64,000 nt of DNA. It comes from an uncultured delta proteobacterium. Lineage in GTDB: Bacteria; Myxococcota_A; Polyangia; Polyangiales; Polyangiaceae. The stretch is taken from contig CAVOKF010000004.1 in the NCBI GenBank assembly GCA_963696385.1, forward strand, positions 928,001 to 992,000, in the 5' to 3' direction. A program made the position numbers and the translations under genes. Shown here one piece after another: positions 32,607-47,753 of this stretch. The number at the start of each line of letters is the position of its first letter. Position 1 is the first letter of the stretch. The notes under the pieces are model-generated. The model was not told where the DNA came from. It did not search any database and saw only the letters and a program-made list of their open reading frames with translations.

Positions 32607-33347
32607 TTAGCTGGCGCGCTCGATCGCGGCCCGGTAGTGCTCGCGCGCATCACCGATCACAGGATCGCCGTGCGCGGGCAGGACGTTGGCAAAATCGATG
32701 CCCAGGATGCCCCGAAGGTCCTCTTTTGGAGGCTTGCCATCCTTCACCCATGCGGGACCGACGTTGTACGCGCGGACGAACCCCAGCAAGGGCATGATCA
32801 TCCGGCCCAGCCAGTTGAAGTAGGCGTCGGTCTTGGCCCAGTGCTGGAGGCAGTCGCCCGCCACCACCGTCCCGCGGTGACGATCGAGGACAAGCAGGGC
32901 TTCGGGCGGGCTCGAACGGATCGTGTAAAGGCGGGCTCCGGCCACCGGCAGCTCGGTGTCCGCTCCCATCGCGACGTCGGGTTCGAGGTACACGTCCTTT
33001 GCGCTTGCGTCGAAGCCGGCAGTGTACCGCTGGCCCGCGACCGCCCACACCTTCGCCTTGTAGCGTTCACGGTAGAACGGATCGTCCATCCCGTGACCGC
33101 CGGCGAGCCGGACGACGTCGGTGACCTTGCCGAGCGCGTCGAGGGAAGCGAGGCCCGCTTCGTCGAGACGGACGCTGTTCACGAGGACGATCCGCTCACC
33201 CTCGCGCAAGATCGCCATGTTGCGGCTGAATGCGACAGGCGGCATGGTCATTCGCACAGTGCCCGTGACGAAATAGATGTTCGGCAAAACCTCGCGGATC
33301 GCGCCATGGGGCAGCGCGGGCGGGTGGGGGCGAACCACGAGAGCCAT
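32607..33347 (-). CDS. Metallo-beta-lactamase-like hypothetical protein (DUF4336-like)
   Basis: FSRNMAIL, GGHGMDD, AGDCLQHW, LPAHGD. Confidence 0.6.
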   Translation of the reverse strand: MALVVRPHPPALPHGAIREVLPNIYFVTGTVRMTMPPVAFSRNMAILREGERIVLVNSVRLDEAGLASLDALGKVTDVVRLAGGHGMDDPFYRERYKAKVWAVAGQRYTAGFDASAKDVYLEPDVAMGADTELPVAGARLYTIRSSPPEALLVLDRHRGTVVAGDCLQHWAKTDAYFNWLGRMIMPLLGFVRAYNVGPAWVKDGKPPKEDLRGILGIDFANVLPAHGDPVIGDAREHYRAAIERAS

Positions 33348-33519
33348 GGGACATCGTTCTACCGGCGGTCTGCATCGAGGGAAAGAACGACAGCGTTAGG
33401 CGACCCGGCCCCGGGCCGGTGAGCCTGGGTGGCTTTTCCGGAAACGAGCGGCCTCTTCGTACTGCGGCATGTGCGCGCTGGCCTCGAAGCACGGCTCTCG
33501 CACGCGTAAAGGCGATCGC

Positions 33520-33557
33520 GAAAGGTGCCCGGTGACTCGGGTCGCGCCTTTTTTTTT
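33520..33557 (+). terminator. Intrinsic-terminator-like hairpin with T-tract
   Basis: AAAGGTGCCCG-gtgact-CGGGtcgCGCC followed by 9 T. Confidence 0.45.
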
Positions 33558-33575
33558 GGATCGCGAGCCCGCGAA

Positions 33576-33602
33576 TGTCGGATCCCGGCCCGCCGAAACG
33601 TC
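33576..33602 (+). promoter_or_regulatory. Candidate ECF42 promoter (TGTCGG-N17-CGTC)
   Basis: Resembles the ECF42 consensus TGTCGA...CGWC and lies upstream of the operon containing the DGPF and ECF genes. Confidence 0.5.
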
Positions 33603-33626
33603 GCGTCGATGAAAGGCAGGTCCGTC

Positions 33627-34343
33627 ATGAAGATCCAAGGAAGCATCGCTCTCGTCACTGGTTCCAACCGTGGCCTCGGAAAGGCCCTTGTTTGCGCGCT
33701 CTTGGAGGCCGGCGCGGCCAAAGTGTATGCGGCGGCTCGGGACGTGAGCCAGGTCACCTCGTCCGATCCGCGAGTCGTCGCGCTCGCGCTCGACACGTCG
33801 AAACCCGAGCAGATCGCGGCGGCCGCCCGGGCGGCTGAGGACGTCACGCTCCTCATCAACAACGCGGGCGTCTCCGCTTCGGCGAACGTCCTCACGGCGA
33901 GCCAGGCGGCGATGGAGACCGACTTCCGCACCAACGTCTTCGGGACGCTCGCGGTGGTGAAGGGCTTTCTGCCCGTGCTCGAGCGCGCGCCCGGGGGCGC
34001 GACGATCGTGAACGTTCTGTCGCTCGCTTCGCTCGGCAGCTTCCCGGCGCTCGGTGGCTACTCGGCGTCCAAGGCGGCTTCGTACTCGATCACGCAGGCG
34101 CTCCGTCCCGAGCTCCGGGGAAAGCACATCGAGATCCTCGCGGCGTTCCCGGGCCCGATCGACACCGACATGGTCAAGGATCTGCCGATTCCGAAGACGA
34201 GCCCGGCCGACGTCGCGAGCGCTGTGCTCGCCGGGGTCGCGCGCGGCGAGGAGGACATCTTTCCCGACCCGATGGCGCAACAGATGGGCGCGCTCTGGAA
34301 CAAGAGCCCCAAAGAGTACGAGCGCGCGTTCGCGAGCCTGTGA
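33627..34343 (+). CDS. Short-chain dehydrogenase/reductase
   Basis: TGSNRGLG, NNAG, YSASK, PGPIDT. Confidence 0.9.
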   Translation: MKIQGSIALVTGSNRGLGKALVCALLEAGAAKVYAAARDVSQVTSSDPRVVALALDTSKPEQIAAAARAAEDVTLLINNAGVSASANVLTASQAAMETDFRTNVFGTLAVVKGFLPVLERAPGGATIVNVLSLASLGSFPALGGYSASKAASYSITQALRPELRGKHIEILAAFPGPIDTDMVKDLPIPKTSPADVASAVLAGVARGEEDIFPDPMAQQMGALWNKSPKEYERAFASL

Positions 34344-34377
34344 GACCCCGAGGACGAGCTACCGAAAGGAGACGACC

Positions 34378-34896
34378 ATGAAGACGAAACATTTCACGGC
34401 GACCATCCGGGTCGACGCAACGCCGCAAGAAGCCTTCGACGCCATCAACGATGTTCGCGGTTGGTGGTCGGGGCAGATCGAGGGCCGTACGGACGTGCTC
34501 GGCGCCGAGTTCACGTACCGCTACAAGAAGCTCCACCGCACCACGCAGAAAATCACCGAGCTCGTGCCGGGCAAGAAGATCGTGTGGCACGTCACCGACA
34601 GCCACATCGACTTCGTCCGCGACACGAGTGAATGGGACGGCACCGACATCGTGTTCGAGATCGCGAAGAAGGGCGACGAGACCGAGATCCGATTCACGCA
34701 CGTCGGCCTGGTGCCCACCATCGAGTGCTACGATGGCTGCTCGGGCGCATGGGGCTTCTACGTAAACGAAAGCCTTCGCAGCTTCATCGCGGAGGGCAAG
34801 GGGCAGCCCAACCCGGACGAGCGTCGCCCGCGTCTTGCGAAGACGAGTCCGGCCAAGAGTGGCGGCGAGCCGCGCGCGCACGAATTGCGGAGGTGA
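34378..34896 (+). CDS. SRPBCC/AHSA1 domain protein
   Basis: VDATPQEAFDAI, ITELVPGKKIVW, FTHVGL, CSGAW. Confidence 0.85.
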   Translation: MKTKHFTATIRVDATPQEAFDAINDVRGWWSGQIEGRTDVLGAEFTYRYKKLHRTTQKITELVPGKKIVWHVTDSHIDFVRDTSEWDGTDIVFEIAKKGDETEIRFTHVGLVPTIECYDGCSGAWGFYVNESLRSFIAEGKGQPNPDERRPRLAKTSPAKSGGEPRAHELRR

Positions 34897-34900
34897 GCTC

Positions 34901-35614
34901 GTGCCTGATTACCTGGTGATGACACAGGAAGACGAGCACGCCCACGCGTCGCAGTCGCCGAAGGCGATGTCGGAGCTCATCGAACAGAGCGCCGCGTATG
35001 CCGAGGAGCTGCGCCGCGCGGGGCGGCTCACGGATAGCGGACGCCTTCGCCCCAGCAAGGAGGGCAAGCGCGTGCGTCGGGCGGGCGACCGGCTCGAGGT
35101 CCGCGACGGGCCTTTCTCCCAGGAGGGCAAGGCCCTCGGTGGCTACTACTGGGTTCAGGCGAGTCGCTTCGACGAAGCGACAGAGCTCGCTTGGCGGGCG
35201 CCCGTACTCCGGGGCGACGAGATCGACGTGCGCCCGGTGATGAAGGGCATGTGCCCGAAGGACAAGGAGGCGAAGCCGGGCAAGATCTTCGCCTGTGCGG
35301 TGCTCGGGAGCGCCAAGACGGAAGAGGCGTGGGTCGAGGTGATGGACCGGATCGATGCGCAGACCCAGGGTCGATTCCCGGAAGCGTCGTTTCTCGGGGG
35401 CCTTCGCCTCGAGCCACCGAGGAGCGGACGGCGCATCGCGACGAGCGGCGAGAGGCGCACAACGTTCGACGGACCGTTCCTCGAGAGCAAGGAGGTCATC
35501 GGCGGACTGTTCTGGGTGCGCATGACGAGCATCGACGACGCGGTGCGGTGGGCCGGCGAGACGCCCTTCGTCGTGCAAGGGGCGCTGGAGATTCGCGAGC
35601 TGTGGCGGACCTGA
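34901..35614 (+). CDS. Tandem YCII/DGPF domain protein
   Basis: Two DGPF motifs; paralog of 12755-13468. Confidence 0.85.
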   Translation: MPDYLVMTQEDEHAHASQSPKAMSELIEQSAAYAEELRRAGRLTDSGRLRPSKEGKRVRRAGDRLEVRDGPFSQEGKALGGYYWVQASRFDEATELAWRAPVLRGDEIDVRPVMKGMCPKDKEAKPGKIFACAVLGSAKTEEAWVEVMDRIDAQTQGRFPEASFLGGLRLEPPRSGRRIATSGERRTTFDGPFLESKEVIGGLFWVRMTSIDDAVRWAGETPFVVQGALEIRELWRT

Positions 35615-36825
35615 CGGCGATCGTCGACGACACGGTGCGCACCGAGCGCGGGCGCATCGTCGGGGGCCTGTTGCGCCTGTGCGGGAGCCTCGACGCTGCG
35701 GAGGAGGCATTCCAGGAGGCGGCACTCGCCGCGGTGCAAGCGTGGCGCGAAGAGGTCCCTTCGAACCCCGGCGCCTGGCTGATGACGGCCGCGAAGAACA
35801 GCGCGAAGGATGCGCGACGCCGACGCGCTGTGGCCGAAGCCAAGGCGCCGCTCCTCGTCGAGGACGACATGGATCCACGAGAGACCATCGACACCGTGAG
35901 CGACGATACCCTCCGGCTCATCTTCACCTGCTGTCATCCCGAGCTGTCGACCGACAACCGGGTCGCGCTCACGCTGAAGGTGGTCGCTGGGTTCTCGACC
36001 GAGGAAATCGCGCGGGCGTTCGTCTGCTCGGAGCCCACGGTGTCGCAGCGGATCTTGCGCGCGAAGCAGACCCTCGACGAGAAGAAGGTCGGGTACGTGA
36101 TTCCGGAGCGCAACGATCTCGCGGAGCGCGTGGCGGCGGTAGTGGGCGTCGTGTACGCGATGTTCAACGAGGGGCACACCGGGCGGAGCGGCCCGCTGAT
36201 GCGGCTCGACCTCCAGGCGGAGGCGCTGCGCCTGGCGCGGCTCATCTGCGACCTCGTGCCGCGCGAGCCCGAAGCCTTCGGCGCGCTGGCGATCATGGCG
36301 TTCGGCGCTGCGCGTGCGCAAACGCGCGTCGACGACGAGGGGCTGCCGATTCTGCTCGCCGCGCAGGATCGATCGCGGTGGAACCGAGAGCTCGTGCGCG
36401 AAGGGCTGATGGCGCTTCGGCGCGCGCGCTCGCTCGGAGGACGAGGTCCGTACGTCTTGCAGGCCGAGATCGCGGCGGTGCACGTGACGGCGCCCCGCTG
36501 GGAAAGCACCGACTGGGCGAGCATCGTCCTTGCGTACGATGCGCTCAGGGAAGTCTCCCCTTCACCGGTCGTGGCGCTGAACCGAGCGGTCGCCGTCTCG
36601 ATGCTCGCCGGCCCCTCCGCGGGCCTCGCCGCGTTGAAGGCGATCGAGCGGCCGCTCGCGGACTACCACCTCTTCTACGCCACGCGCGCTGACCTGCTCG
36701 AGCGCACGGGAGGCGACCCACGACCCGACCTGGAGAGAGCGATCTCGCTCGCGACCAACGATGGCGAGAAGCGGCTGCTCGAGCGACGGCTCCGCGATCG
36801 CGTCGCGCGCACTCAGCCCTCCTGA
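35602..36825 (+). CDS. ECF sigma factor with long C-terminal extension (ECF42/DUF6596 type)
   Basis: AEEAFQEA, NPGAWLMTAA, LRLIFTCCHP, EIARAF, YAMFNEG, QDRSRW, PVVALNRAVAV. Confidence 0.9.
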   Translation: MADLTAIVDDTVRTERGRIVGGLLRLCGSLDAAEEAFQEAALAAVQAWREEVPSNPGAWLMTAAKNSAKDARRRRAVAEAKAPLLVEDDMDPRETIDTVSDDTLRLIFTCCHPELSTDNRVALTLKVVAGFSTEEIARAFVCSEPTVSQRILRAKQTLDEKKVGYVIPERNDLAERVAAVVGVVYAMFNEGHTGRSGPLMRLDLQAEALRLARLICDLVPREPEAFGALAIMAFGAARAQTRVDDEGLPILLAAQDRSRWNRELVREGLMALRRARSLGGRGPYVLQAEIAAVHVTAPRWESTDWASIVLAYDALREVSPSPVVALNRAVAVSMLAGPSAGLAALKAIERPLADYHLFYATRADLLERTGGDPRPDLERAISLATNDGEKRLLERRLRDRVARTQPS

Positions 36826-36875
36826 GATCGGCGCACCGTGCACCCGTAGATGGTGCGACGGCCGCGGGCGCCATG

Positions 36876-37817
36876 TCACCGCCCGAGGCCGCCGGGATGC
36901 ACCGATCCCCGCGCCATCTGCTGGCCACGGATCCCGCCCTCATCGAGCTCTGCGTCCAACCGCTGAGCGGACAGACTGCTCGCGGATTTGCCGGTCTGCT
37001 TCGACGTCCGACCGGTCGCCCCCGTCCGCAGGTCTTGTTGGAGGCGCTCGGCCGTGCGCAAGTGAGCCTCGACCTGGGGCAGGGCGGATTGCAGCGCGGC
37101 CTTGAAGTCAGTATTCTGGACGTGGTTCACGGAGTGGTTCAGAAATGCGAGTGCCTTCTTATGGGCCTGCACCTGGTCGTCGATGTACTGACGATCAAAC
37201 TCGTCAGAATGCAAAGATTGCAAGGAGCGCAATGCGGCGATTTTGCTCGTGGCATTGTCATTGATGCGGTCGCTTACGACGTTGGTGTAAGGAACAATCT
37301 GCGCCTGCAAGAGCACGGCAGTGTCGTGGGTCAGCATCGTGCGGTGGGCGCTCACCAACAGTTGCGCGAACCACTTGACTTGCGCCGACGCCGCGGTGGT
37401 TTCTGCCAATTGACCCTCTTGAATCTCGTTCTGGTGAATCGCTGAAACGACCGCGGCAATTTGCGCATCGTCCAGAGGCCAAGCATCGAGTGCGGCGGCT
37501 CCCATCGGCTCTGGGACGCCGTTCTTCGAGGTCCACGATTCCGAGTATCCGGAAAGTTTCGATTGATCGTAAGCCGATTGCGGGCATTGCGAGGACCCCG
37601 ACTGAGAGTAAGCCGGCGCGCCGGACGGCCGAACCGCAGCCGGCGTCTGCGGCTGAGTACCCGTCGCGTTCGTGCCCAGCGCATCGGGATCCCGGGTCGG
37701 CGGAGCGACACCCGCATTCGAAGGCATGTTGGGCTGTGGCGGGCGGGCGCAAGCGACGAGGCCGCACAGGACGGCGAGAGCCGAGAAGCGCGACAGCAAA
37801 CGCACGAGATGGCTCAT
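36876..37817 (-). CDS. DUF4142 domain lipoprotein
   Basis: Lipobox LVAC, NEIQEGQLA, FDRQYIDDQVQAH. Confidence 0.8.
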   Translation of the reverse strand: MSHLVRLLSRFSALAVLCGLVACARPPQPNMPSNAGVAPPTRDPDALGTNATGTQPQTPAAVRPSGAPAYSQSGSSQCPQSAYDQSKLSGYSESWTSKNGVPEPMGAAALDAWPLDDAQIAAVVSAIHQNEIQEGQLAETTAASAQVKWFAQLLVSAHRTMLTHDTAVLLQAQIVPYTNVVSDRINDNATSKIAALRSLQSLHSDEFDRQYIDDQVQAHKKALAFLNHSVNHVQNTDFKAALQSALPQVEAHLRTAERLQQDLRTGATGRTSKQTGKSASSLSAQRLDAELDEGGIRGQQMARGSVHPGGLGR

Positions 37818-37843
37818 GGTAACCTCCAGGCTACCGATCCATT

Positions 37844-37858
37844 GCAATGTGGATACCC
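37844..37858 (-). promoter_or_regulatory. Sigma-54 -24/-12 promoter candidate
   Basis: GGGTATCCACATTGC upstream of the DUF4142 gene. Confidence 0.45.
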
Positions 37859-38137
37859 GACCATGGACTTCACAACCGGGTGCGCGGGGCAGCGTTGCAA
37901 CGATGTGGCGAACCTGTCTCACGGCACCGTGCCCCGACGCCTCAAAGCGACAGAAAAGCGCTTTTTGCCGCAGCTCAGCGAAATGTTCGCGTCGGGCTCG
38001 AGAGATCCGCGCTCCAATGCGTCGCTCCCTTGCCCGTTTGGGCAAAGAGTTGGATCGTCTTGCGGTCGAAGGCAGGCAGGTCGTCTGGCCCGCGGCGGGT
38101 AACGAGCCCCCAGTCAACGACCCCCTCCAGCGACGAA

Positions 38138-38152
38138 CGGCATGCCGATTGC
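38138..38152 (+). promoter_or_regulatory. Sigma-54 -24/-12 promoter candidate
   Basis: CGGCATGCCGATTGC upstream of the DUF6496 gene. Confidence 0.6.
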
Positions 38153-38201
38153 TCCGTTGCGCGAGCTGCTGCACGAGACTTCGCAGCAGAAGGGAATTTC
38201 T

Positions 38202-38448
38202 ATGTCCGCAAAGAAGGCCAAGGCGAAAAAGTCGCGGCACTACGGACCGCGCGCGTCGGCAGAAAGTCGCGAACGCGATGCACGAGCTCAAAGAAGGGCC
38301 GTTGCGGTCCGGCCGCTCGCGCAAGCGCGTGACCAGCCGCAAGCGGGCCGTCGCAATCGGTCTCTCAGCAGCGCGTCGCGAAGGCGACAAGGTGCCGCGA
38401 AAGGCGGCGAACGAGTCCGGCCAGAAGACCGCAAAGAAGGAGCCGTAG
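38202..38448 (+). pseudogene. DUF6496 small basic protein, frameshift near 38260
   Basis: MSAKK...YGPRAS / KVANAMHELKEG.LRSGRS.KRVTSRKRAVAIGLSAARREG. Confidence 0.75.
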
Positions 38449-38480
38449 CTTCCGTAACGGATACGCTCGTCCCAGGCTCA

Positions 38481-38495
38481 CGGCACGATAACTGC
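38481..38495 (+). promoter_or_regulatory. Sigma-54 -24/-12 promoter candidate
   Basis: CGGCACGATAACTGC. Confidence 0.5.
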
Positions 38496-38569
38496 CCTGC
38501 AAGAGCGTCAAAAGGGCTCGGCCGCCGAGGCGCGGCATTCAGGACAGTCCTAAACCATGAGGTGCTTCA

Positions 38570-39055
38570 ATGGTGCATTCAATCACGTCGTTGACGGGCA
38601 TCGTCGTCTTGTCGGCCTCGCTTGCGGCTTGCCATCAGCAGGCCGGACAGACCGAGATGCAAAAGGAAATACAAGCCAACGAGCAAGCCAGCAGCGCCCG
38701 AAGCGAAGCGGAGCAGCATTCGCAGAACGCGCGGGCCGCGGCAGACGACCAAATTGCCACGGCTCGCATGGACTTCGTGAAAGCGCGAGAGAATTACCTT
38801 CACGCGAAGCGTGAAGATTTGGTGAGCCTTGATGGTCGAGTGATGCGTCTCCAATCCAAAGCGCGCAGCTCGAACGCAAAAGCTAGGGCAGCGCTCGAGC
38901 CACAGCTGTCGACGATTCAAGCGCAGCGAGACGAATTCGTCGAGCAGTTGCGTGCGCTCGAGTCGGCCGCACCCGATGTCTGGGATGTCGGGAAGGACAA
39001 CCTCGACAAAGAGTGGGCGTCGCTTAAAGCCGACGTCGACAAGACCAACGACTGA
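38570..39055 (+). CDS. Coiled-coil lipoprotein, hypothetical
   Basis: Lipobox LAAC; helical, ends WDVGKDNLDKEW. Confidence 0.7.
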   Translation: MVHSITSLTGIVVLSASLAACHQQAGQTEMQKEIQANEQASSARSEAEQHSQNARAAADDQIATARMDFVKARENYLHAKREDLVSLDGRVMRLQSKARSSNAKARAALEPQLSTIQAQRDEFVEQLRALESAAPDVWDVGKDNLDKEWASLKADVDKTND

Positions 39056-39153
39056 CATTTCGGTCCGTTTCGGCTCCATCGATCCGACCCAGATCGTGGC
39101 CGCGGAGCCCGCGGCGCCGATCGAAACGATCCCCCAAGGAAAAGAGGACTTTC

Positions 39154-39699
39154 ATGAAAAAGGCAGTCATTGGCGTGGTCTCGACTCGCGAGACGGCAGA
39201 GCTCATCGCCCAGCGTCTCCTCGATGCGGGGTTCGCGAGGGAGGACATCTCAGTGCTGTTTCCGGACAAGCAATCCACCACTGCGTTCGCGCACGAGCGG
39301 CACACCAAGGCGCCCGAAGGCATCGCCACCGGAGTCGGAGCCGGCGGTGTCGTGGGCGGCACGCTCGGCCTTCTCGCAGGCATCGGCGCGTTGGCCATTC
39401 CCGGCCTCGGCTTCTTCATCGCCGCGGGTCCGATCATGGCGACGCTCAGCGGGTTGGCGGCCGGAGCTACGGTCGGCGGATTGACGGGGGCGCTCGTCGG
39501 GATGGGTATTCCGGAATACGAAGCGAAAATATATGAAACGAAATTGAGGTCGGACAACATCCTTATGGCGGTGCATACCGATGACGGCGCGGACCGGAGT
39601 TGCGCTGCCGAGGTCTTCAAGAGCTCGGGTGTGACGGATGTGGCGACCCAAACGGAGTCGGCGGCCCCTGCAAGGACATTGCGTCCATCGGATGCGTAA
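39154..39699 (+). CDS. General stress protein-like glycine-zipper membrane protein
   Basis: GFAREDISVL, GIGALAIPGLG.FIAAGP, GALVGMGIPEYEAKIYE. Confidence 0.8.
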   Translation: MKKAVIGVVSTRETAELIAQRLLDAGFAREDISVLFPDKQSTTAFAHERHTKAPEGIATGVGAGGVVGGTLGLLAGIGALAIPGLGFFIAAGPIMATLSGLAAGATVGGLTGALVGMGIPEYEAKIYETKLRSDNILMAVHTDDGADRSCAAEVFKSSGVTDVATQTESAAPARTLRPSDA

Positions 39700-39863
39700 C
39701 GCGCGACCGCTCGGGTCCAATTGTGCGAAAAAGCAGGAGATCGACGACGCTTGCGGGAGCGAATCGACGTGTCGTGAGCATCCCACAGCAAGCCAGGCGG
39801 ATGCCCGGGCAACGTAGGCACCCCGAGTGCACCACTCGCCAAGGTTGGCTGGGCCAGCGGCGA

Positions 39864-43712
<3,849 letters not shown>

Positions 43713-43927
43713 TCGATTGAGGCGCTCAGTAACAAAGGCCTCCACGTAGAGGGTAGATGCCGCTCTCGCCCTTGCAACGGGAACGTGCGGTCGCGTCCGG
43801 TGGTCCGAGCGGGATCTCGGAGAGTCCGGCCTCGCGCGGAAGGCGGCTCGAGCAACGAAGAGCAGACCGAGCTCGAGCGAGACACTCGTTGTCAAAGGCG
43901 CAATTCATTCCTAAAGCTTTGTTCGTC

Positions 43928-46900
43928 ATGGTGGCGTCGGCCGACGTCGGGCTGCACGGCAGCCACGCAGCAGCTTCCTTTCTCGTGGGCGGAGGCGAGA
44001 CCGGTGCGCTGATGCGATCCATGGACTGGCGGCAGACGCGCCTCGGGCCGCCGAGGGAGTGGCCGCAGAGCCTGCGGACAACCCTCGGCATCTGCCTCTC
44101 GTCGCGCTTTCCCATCGCGATCTACTGGGGGCCCGAGTTCGTGATGCTCTACAACGACAGCCTGCTGCCGATGGTGGGCGCGAACAAACACCCCCAGGCC
44201 ATGGGAAAGCCCGCCTTCGAAGTGCTCCCGGAGATCCGGCAGATCATCGAGCCGCTCCTCGTGCACGTGCGCAACACAGGCGAGGCCACGTGGTCCGAGG
44301 ACCTGATGCTACCGCTCGTGCGCGGCGAGGCTCCCGAGGAAGGGTACTTCACGTTCACGTACAGTCCGATCCGCGACGAGTCGGGCGGAGTCGGCGGTGT
44401 GCTCTGCGCCGTCCTCGAGACGACCGAGAAGGTCATCGAGGAGCGGCGCCTGCGCCTGCTCAGCGCGCTCGCGGACACGACGCACGCCCGGACGAAAGAG
44501 GACGCTTGCGCATACGCGGCGGGGCAGATCGCGCGCTTCGACCATGACGTACCCTTTGCCCTTGTCTATCTGCTCGACGAGTGCGCGCGCGTAGCTCGGC
44601 TCGCCGGCGCGGCGAACGTCGAGAAAGGCACCCGCCGATCGCCGCCATCCATCCCCTTCGGCGACGAATCGCCGTGGCCGTTCGAGGTGCTCGGCACCGC
44701 AGCTGCGCCCAACGGACAGGGCGGCCCGCGGTTCGTCGACCTCGACCTTGAGATTGCCGGAGCGCGGTCGGCGGTCGTCCTGCCCCTCGAGCGCTCGGGC
44801 GGAGGGCGGCCGCTCGGCTTCATCGTCCTCGGTATCAGCCCGCTCCTGCGGCGGGCGAGCGTCTCGTACGGCCGGTTCCACAATCTGCTCGCCGCTAGCC
44901 TGTCGCAGGCCGTGAGCAACGCAGCGGCGTACGAGGAGGAGCGCGAGCGCGCCGAGTCGCTCGCCGAGCTTGATCGCGCCAAGACGACCTTCTTCAGCAA
45001 TGTGAGCCACGAGTTCCGGACGCCGCTCACGCTCATGCTCGCGCCCATCCAGGACCTGCTCGCGAGCCCGCAGGGCGCGGTCGTTGATCGGCAGGCCGTG
45101 GAACTGCTGCACCGCAACGGGCTGCGGCTCCTGAAGCTCGTCAACACGCTGCTCGAGTTCTCGCGCATCGAGGCCGGGCGCACCGAGGCCGTCTACGAGC
45201 CCGTCGATCTCTCGGCGCTCACCGCCGATCTGGCGAGCACCTTCCGCGCGGCGATCGAGCGCGGGGGGATCGCGCTCACGGTCGACTGCCCGCCTCTGCC
45301 CGAGGCGATCTTCGTCGACGGAGACATGTGGGAGAAGATCGTCCTAAACCTGCTGTCGAACGCATTCAAGTTCACATTCGAGGGATCGATCCGAGTGAGC
45401 CTGCGGATGGACGAGGACGGCGCGATCCTGGAGGTCGCCGACACGGGAACGGGCATCCCTGAGCACGAGCTTGCTCGGCTCTTCGAACGCTTCCACCGCA
45501 TCGAGGGCGCGCGGTCGCGCAGCCACGAGGGATCCGGCATCGGCCTCGCGCTCATCCAGGAGCTCGTGCGCCTGCATGGCGGCCACATCGGCGTCACGAG
45601 CCGTGTCGGCACCGGCACGACGTTCCGCGTGCGAATCCCGCGCGGCTCGGCGCACCTTCCTGCCGCGCTCATCCGCGCGAAGCGAACCCGCGCTTCGTCG
45701 GCCATCGGCGCACGGGCATTCGTCGAGGAGGCCTCGCGTTGGGTCGACCCCACGCTCGATGCGCCCACACGGGCTGCTCACCTCGCGGAACACACAGATG
45801 CCGGGGAACGTATCGTCTTTGCCGACGACAACGCCGACATGCGCGAGTACGTCGCGCGCATCCTGCGCGAGCGGTGGACCGTCGAGGCCGTCGGCGACGG
45901 CGCCGCAGCCCTCGAGAGCATCCGGCGCGCGCCGCCGGCCCTGGTCCTCTGCGACGTGATGATGCCCCGGCTCGACGGTGTCTCGCTCGTCAAGGCGCTC
46001 CGCGCCGATGCTGCGCTCAGGGCGACGCCCATCATCATGCTCTCGGCGCGCGCCGGGGAGGAGGAAACGGCCAAGGCGCTCGACACGGGCGCCAACGACT
46101 ACATCGCCAAGCCGTTCTCGGCGCGCGAGCTCGTGGTGCGCGTTGCCTCGACCCTCGCCGGGGCGCGGGCGGCCCGGGAGATGGCTGCCCTCGAGGAGAG
46201 GCAACGAGCCAACTCGTATCGTCACTTCATGCAGGCGCCTTTCCCGGTGGCCGTGCTCAAGGGGCCTTCGCACGTCATCGATTCTCGCGAACCCCGAGAT
46301 CCTGCGCGCATGGGGCAAGGGGCCCGAGGTCATCGGCCGGACGTTCGCGGCGGCGGTGCCCGAGCTCGAGGGGCAGCCGTTCCTCGGATACTTGGACGAG
46401 GTGTTCTCTACCGGCGTCGCTCACGAGGGGCGCTACGAGAAGGTGCGGCTGCCCACCGGCGCGGACGGCACGATGGAGACGCGATACTACAACTTTGTCT
46501 ACGCGCCGCTACGCGACACATCCAGTGCGATCGAGGGCATCCTCGTTGCCGCCTTCGACGTGAGCGAGCAGGTGCGCGCGAACCGTGCGAAGGACGAGTT
46601 TCTCGCGACGATGAGCCACGAGCTCCGTACGCCGCTCAACGCCATCGTGGGCTGGTCGCATCTGCTGCGCGTCGGCCACGTTTCACCGGAGCAGACGCCG
46701 AAAGTGCTCGACACGATCGAGCGAAACGCAAGGATGCAGTCGCGCCTCATCGAGGACATCCTCGATCTCGCACGGATCGAGCAGGGCAAACTCGTGCTCT
46801 CGGTCGCGTCCGTCGAGATGGTGCGCGTCGTCGAAGCGGCGCTCGACGCCGTCCGCCCGGCGGCGGAGGCCAAGGGCATCCGACTCCAGCCGGTGCTCGA

Positions 46901-47753
46901 CTCGCAGGCGACGATCGTCGGCGACGCGGACCGGCTGCAGCAGGTGGTTTGGAACCTCGTGTCGAACGCGATCAAGTTCACGCCCAAGGGCGGGTGCGTG
47001 CAGGTGTGGCTGCGGCGACAGGAGTCGCATGTCGAGCTGATGGTCGTCGACGACGGACAAGGGGTCGCGCCCGACTTCCTGCCGCACGTCTTCGACCGAT
47101 TCCGCCAGGGACAGGCCTCGCCGTCGCGCGCGGTTGGCGGCCTCGGTCTTGGACTGGTCATCGTGCGATCCATCGTCGAGCTCCACGGCGGTACGGTGAC
47201 CGCCGAGAGCGAGGGGCCCGGCAAAGGAGCGACCTTCGTCGTCGCGCTGCCCACAGCTACCCTGCACGCGGATCGATCCACGCCGCGGCCCGCTGACGAC
47301 CGGGGTGGAGAAAGCCTTGCGCTCGAGCCTTCGCCAGCCTTGTCCGGGCTGCGCGTCGTAGTGGTCGACGACGAGCCCGAGGGACGCGACCTCCTCCAGT
47401 TCGTCCTCGAGCAATGCCGGTCCGAAGTCACTGTCACCCGGAACGCGGAGGAAGCCCTCGCAGCGGTGAGTGGGGGTAGCTTCGACGTCTTGATCAGCGA
47501 CATCGGGATGCCCAAGCGCGACGGATATTCGCTTATCGCCGCCGTGCGCGCGCTCCCGGCGGCGAAAGGTGGGCTCATCCCGGCGGTCGCGCTCACCGCT
47601 TACGCGAGCGCCGAGGATCGCACGCGCGCTCTGCGCGCGGGCTTCGACATGCACCTGCCCAAGCCCGTCCAGCCCGGGGAGCTCGTCGTCATCGTCGCCC
47701 GCCTCATCGAGGGCGTTCGCCGGCGGTCCGCGCCGGTCCACCCCAGCGCGTAA
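43928..47753 (+). CDS. Second double-kinase hybrid sensor of the same architecture; frameshift near 46282
   Basis: ORFs 43757-47296 and 45978-47753 join at HVID/LANPE on removing one T; pseudogene or sequencing error. Confidence 0.85.

Noticed and set aside
33360..33560. Riboswitch ahead of the SDR operon
   Set aside because: No aptamer consensus recognised, and the terminator-like hairpin lies upstream of the candidate promoter.
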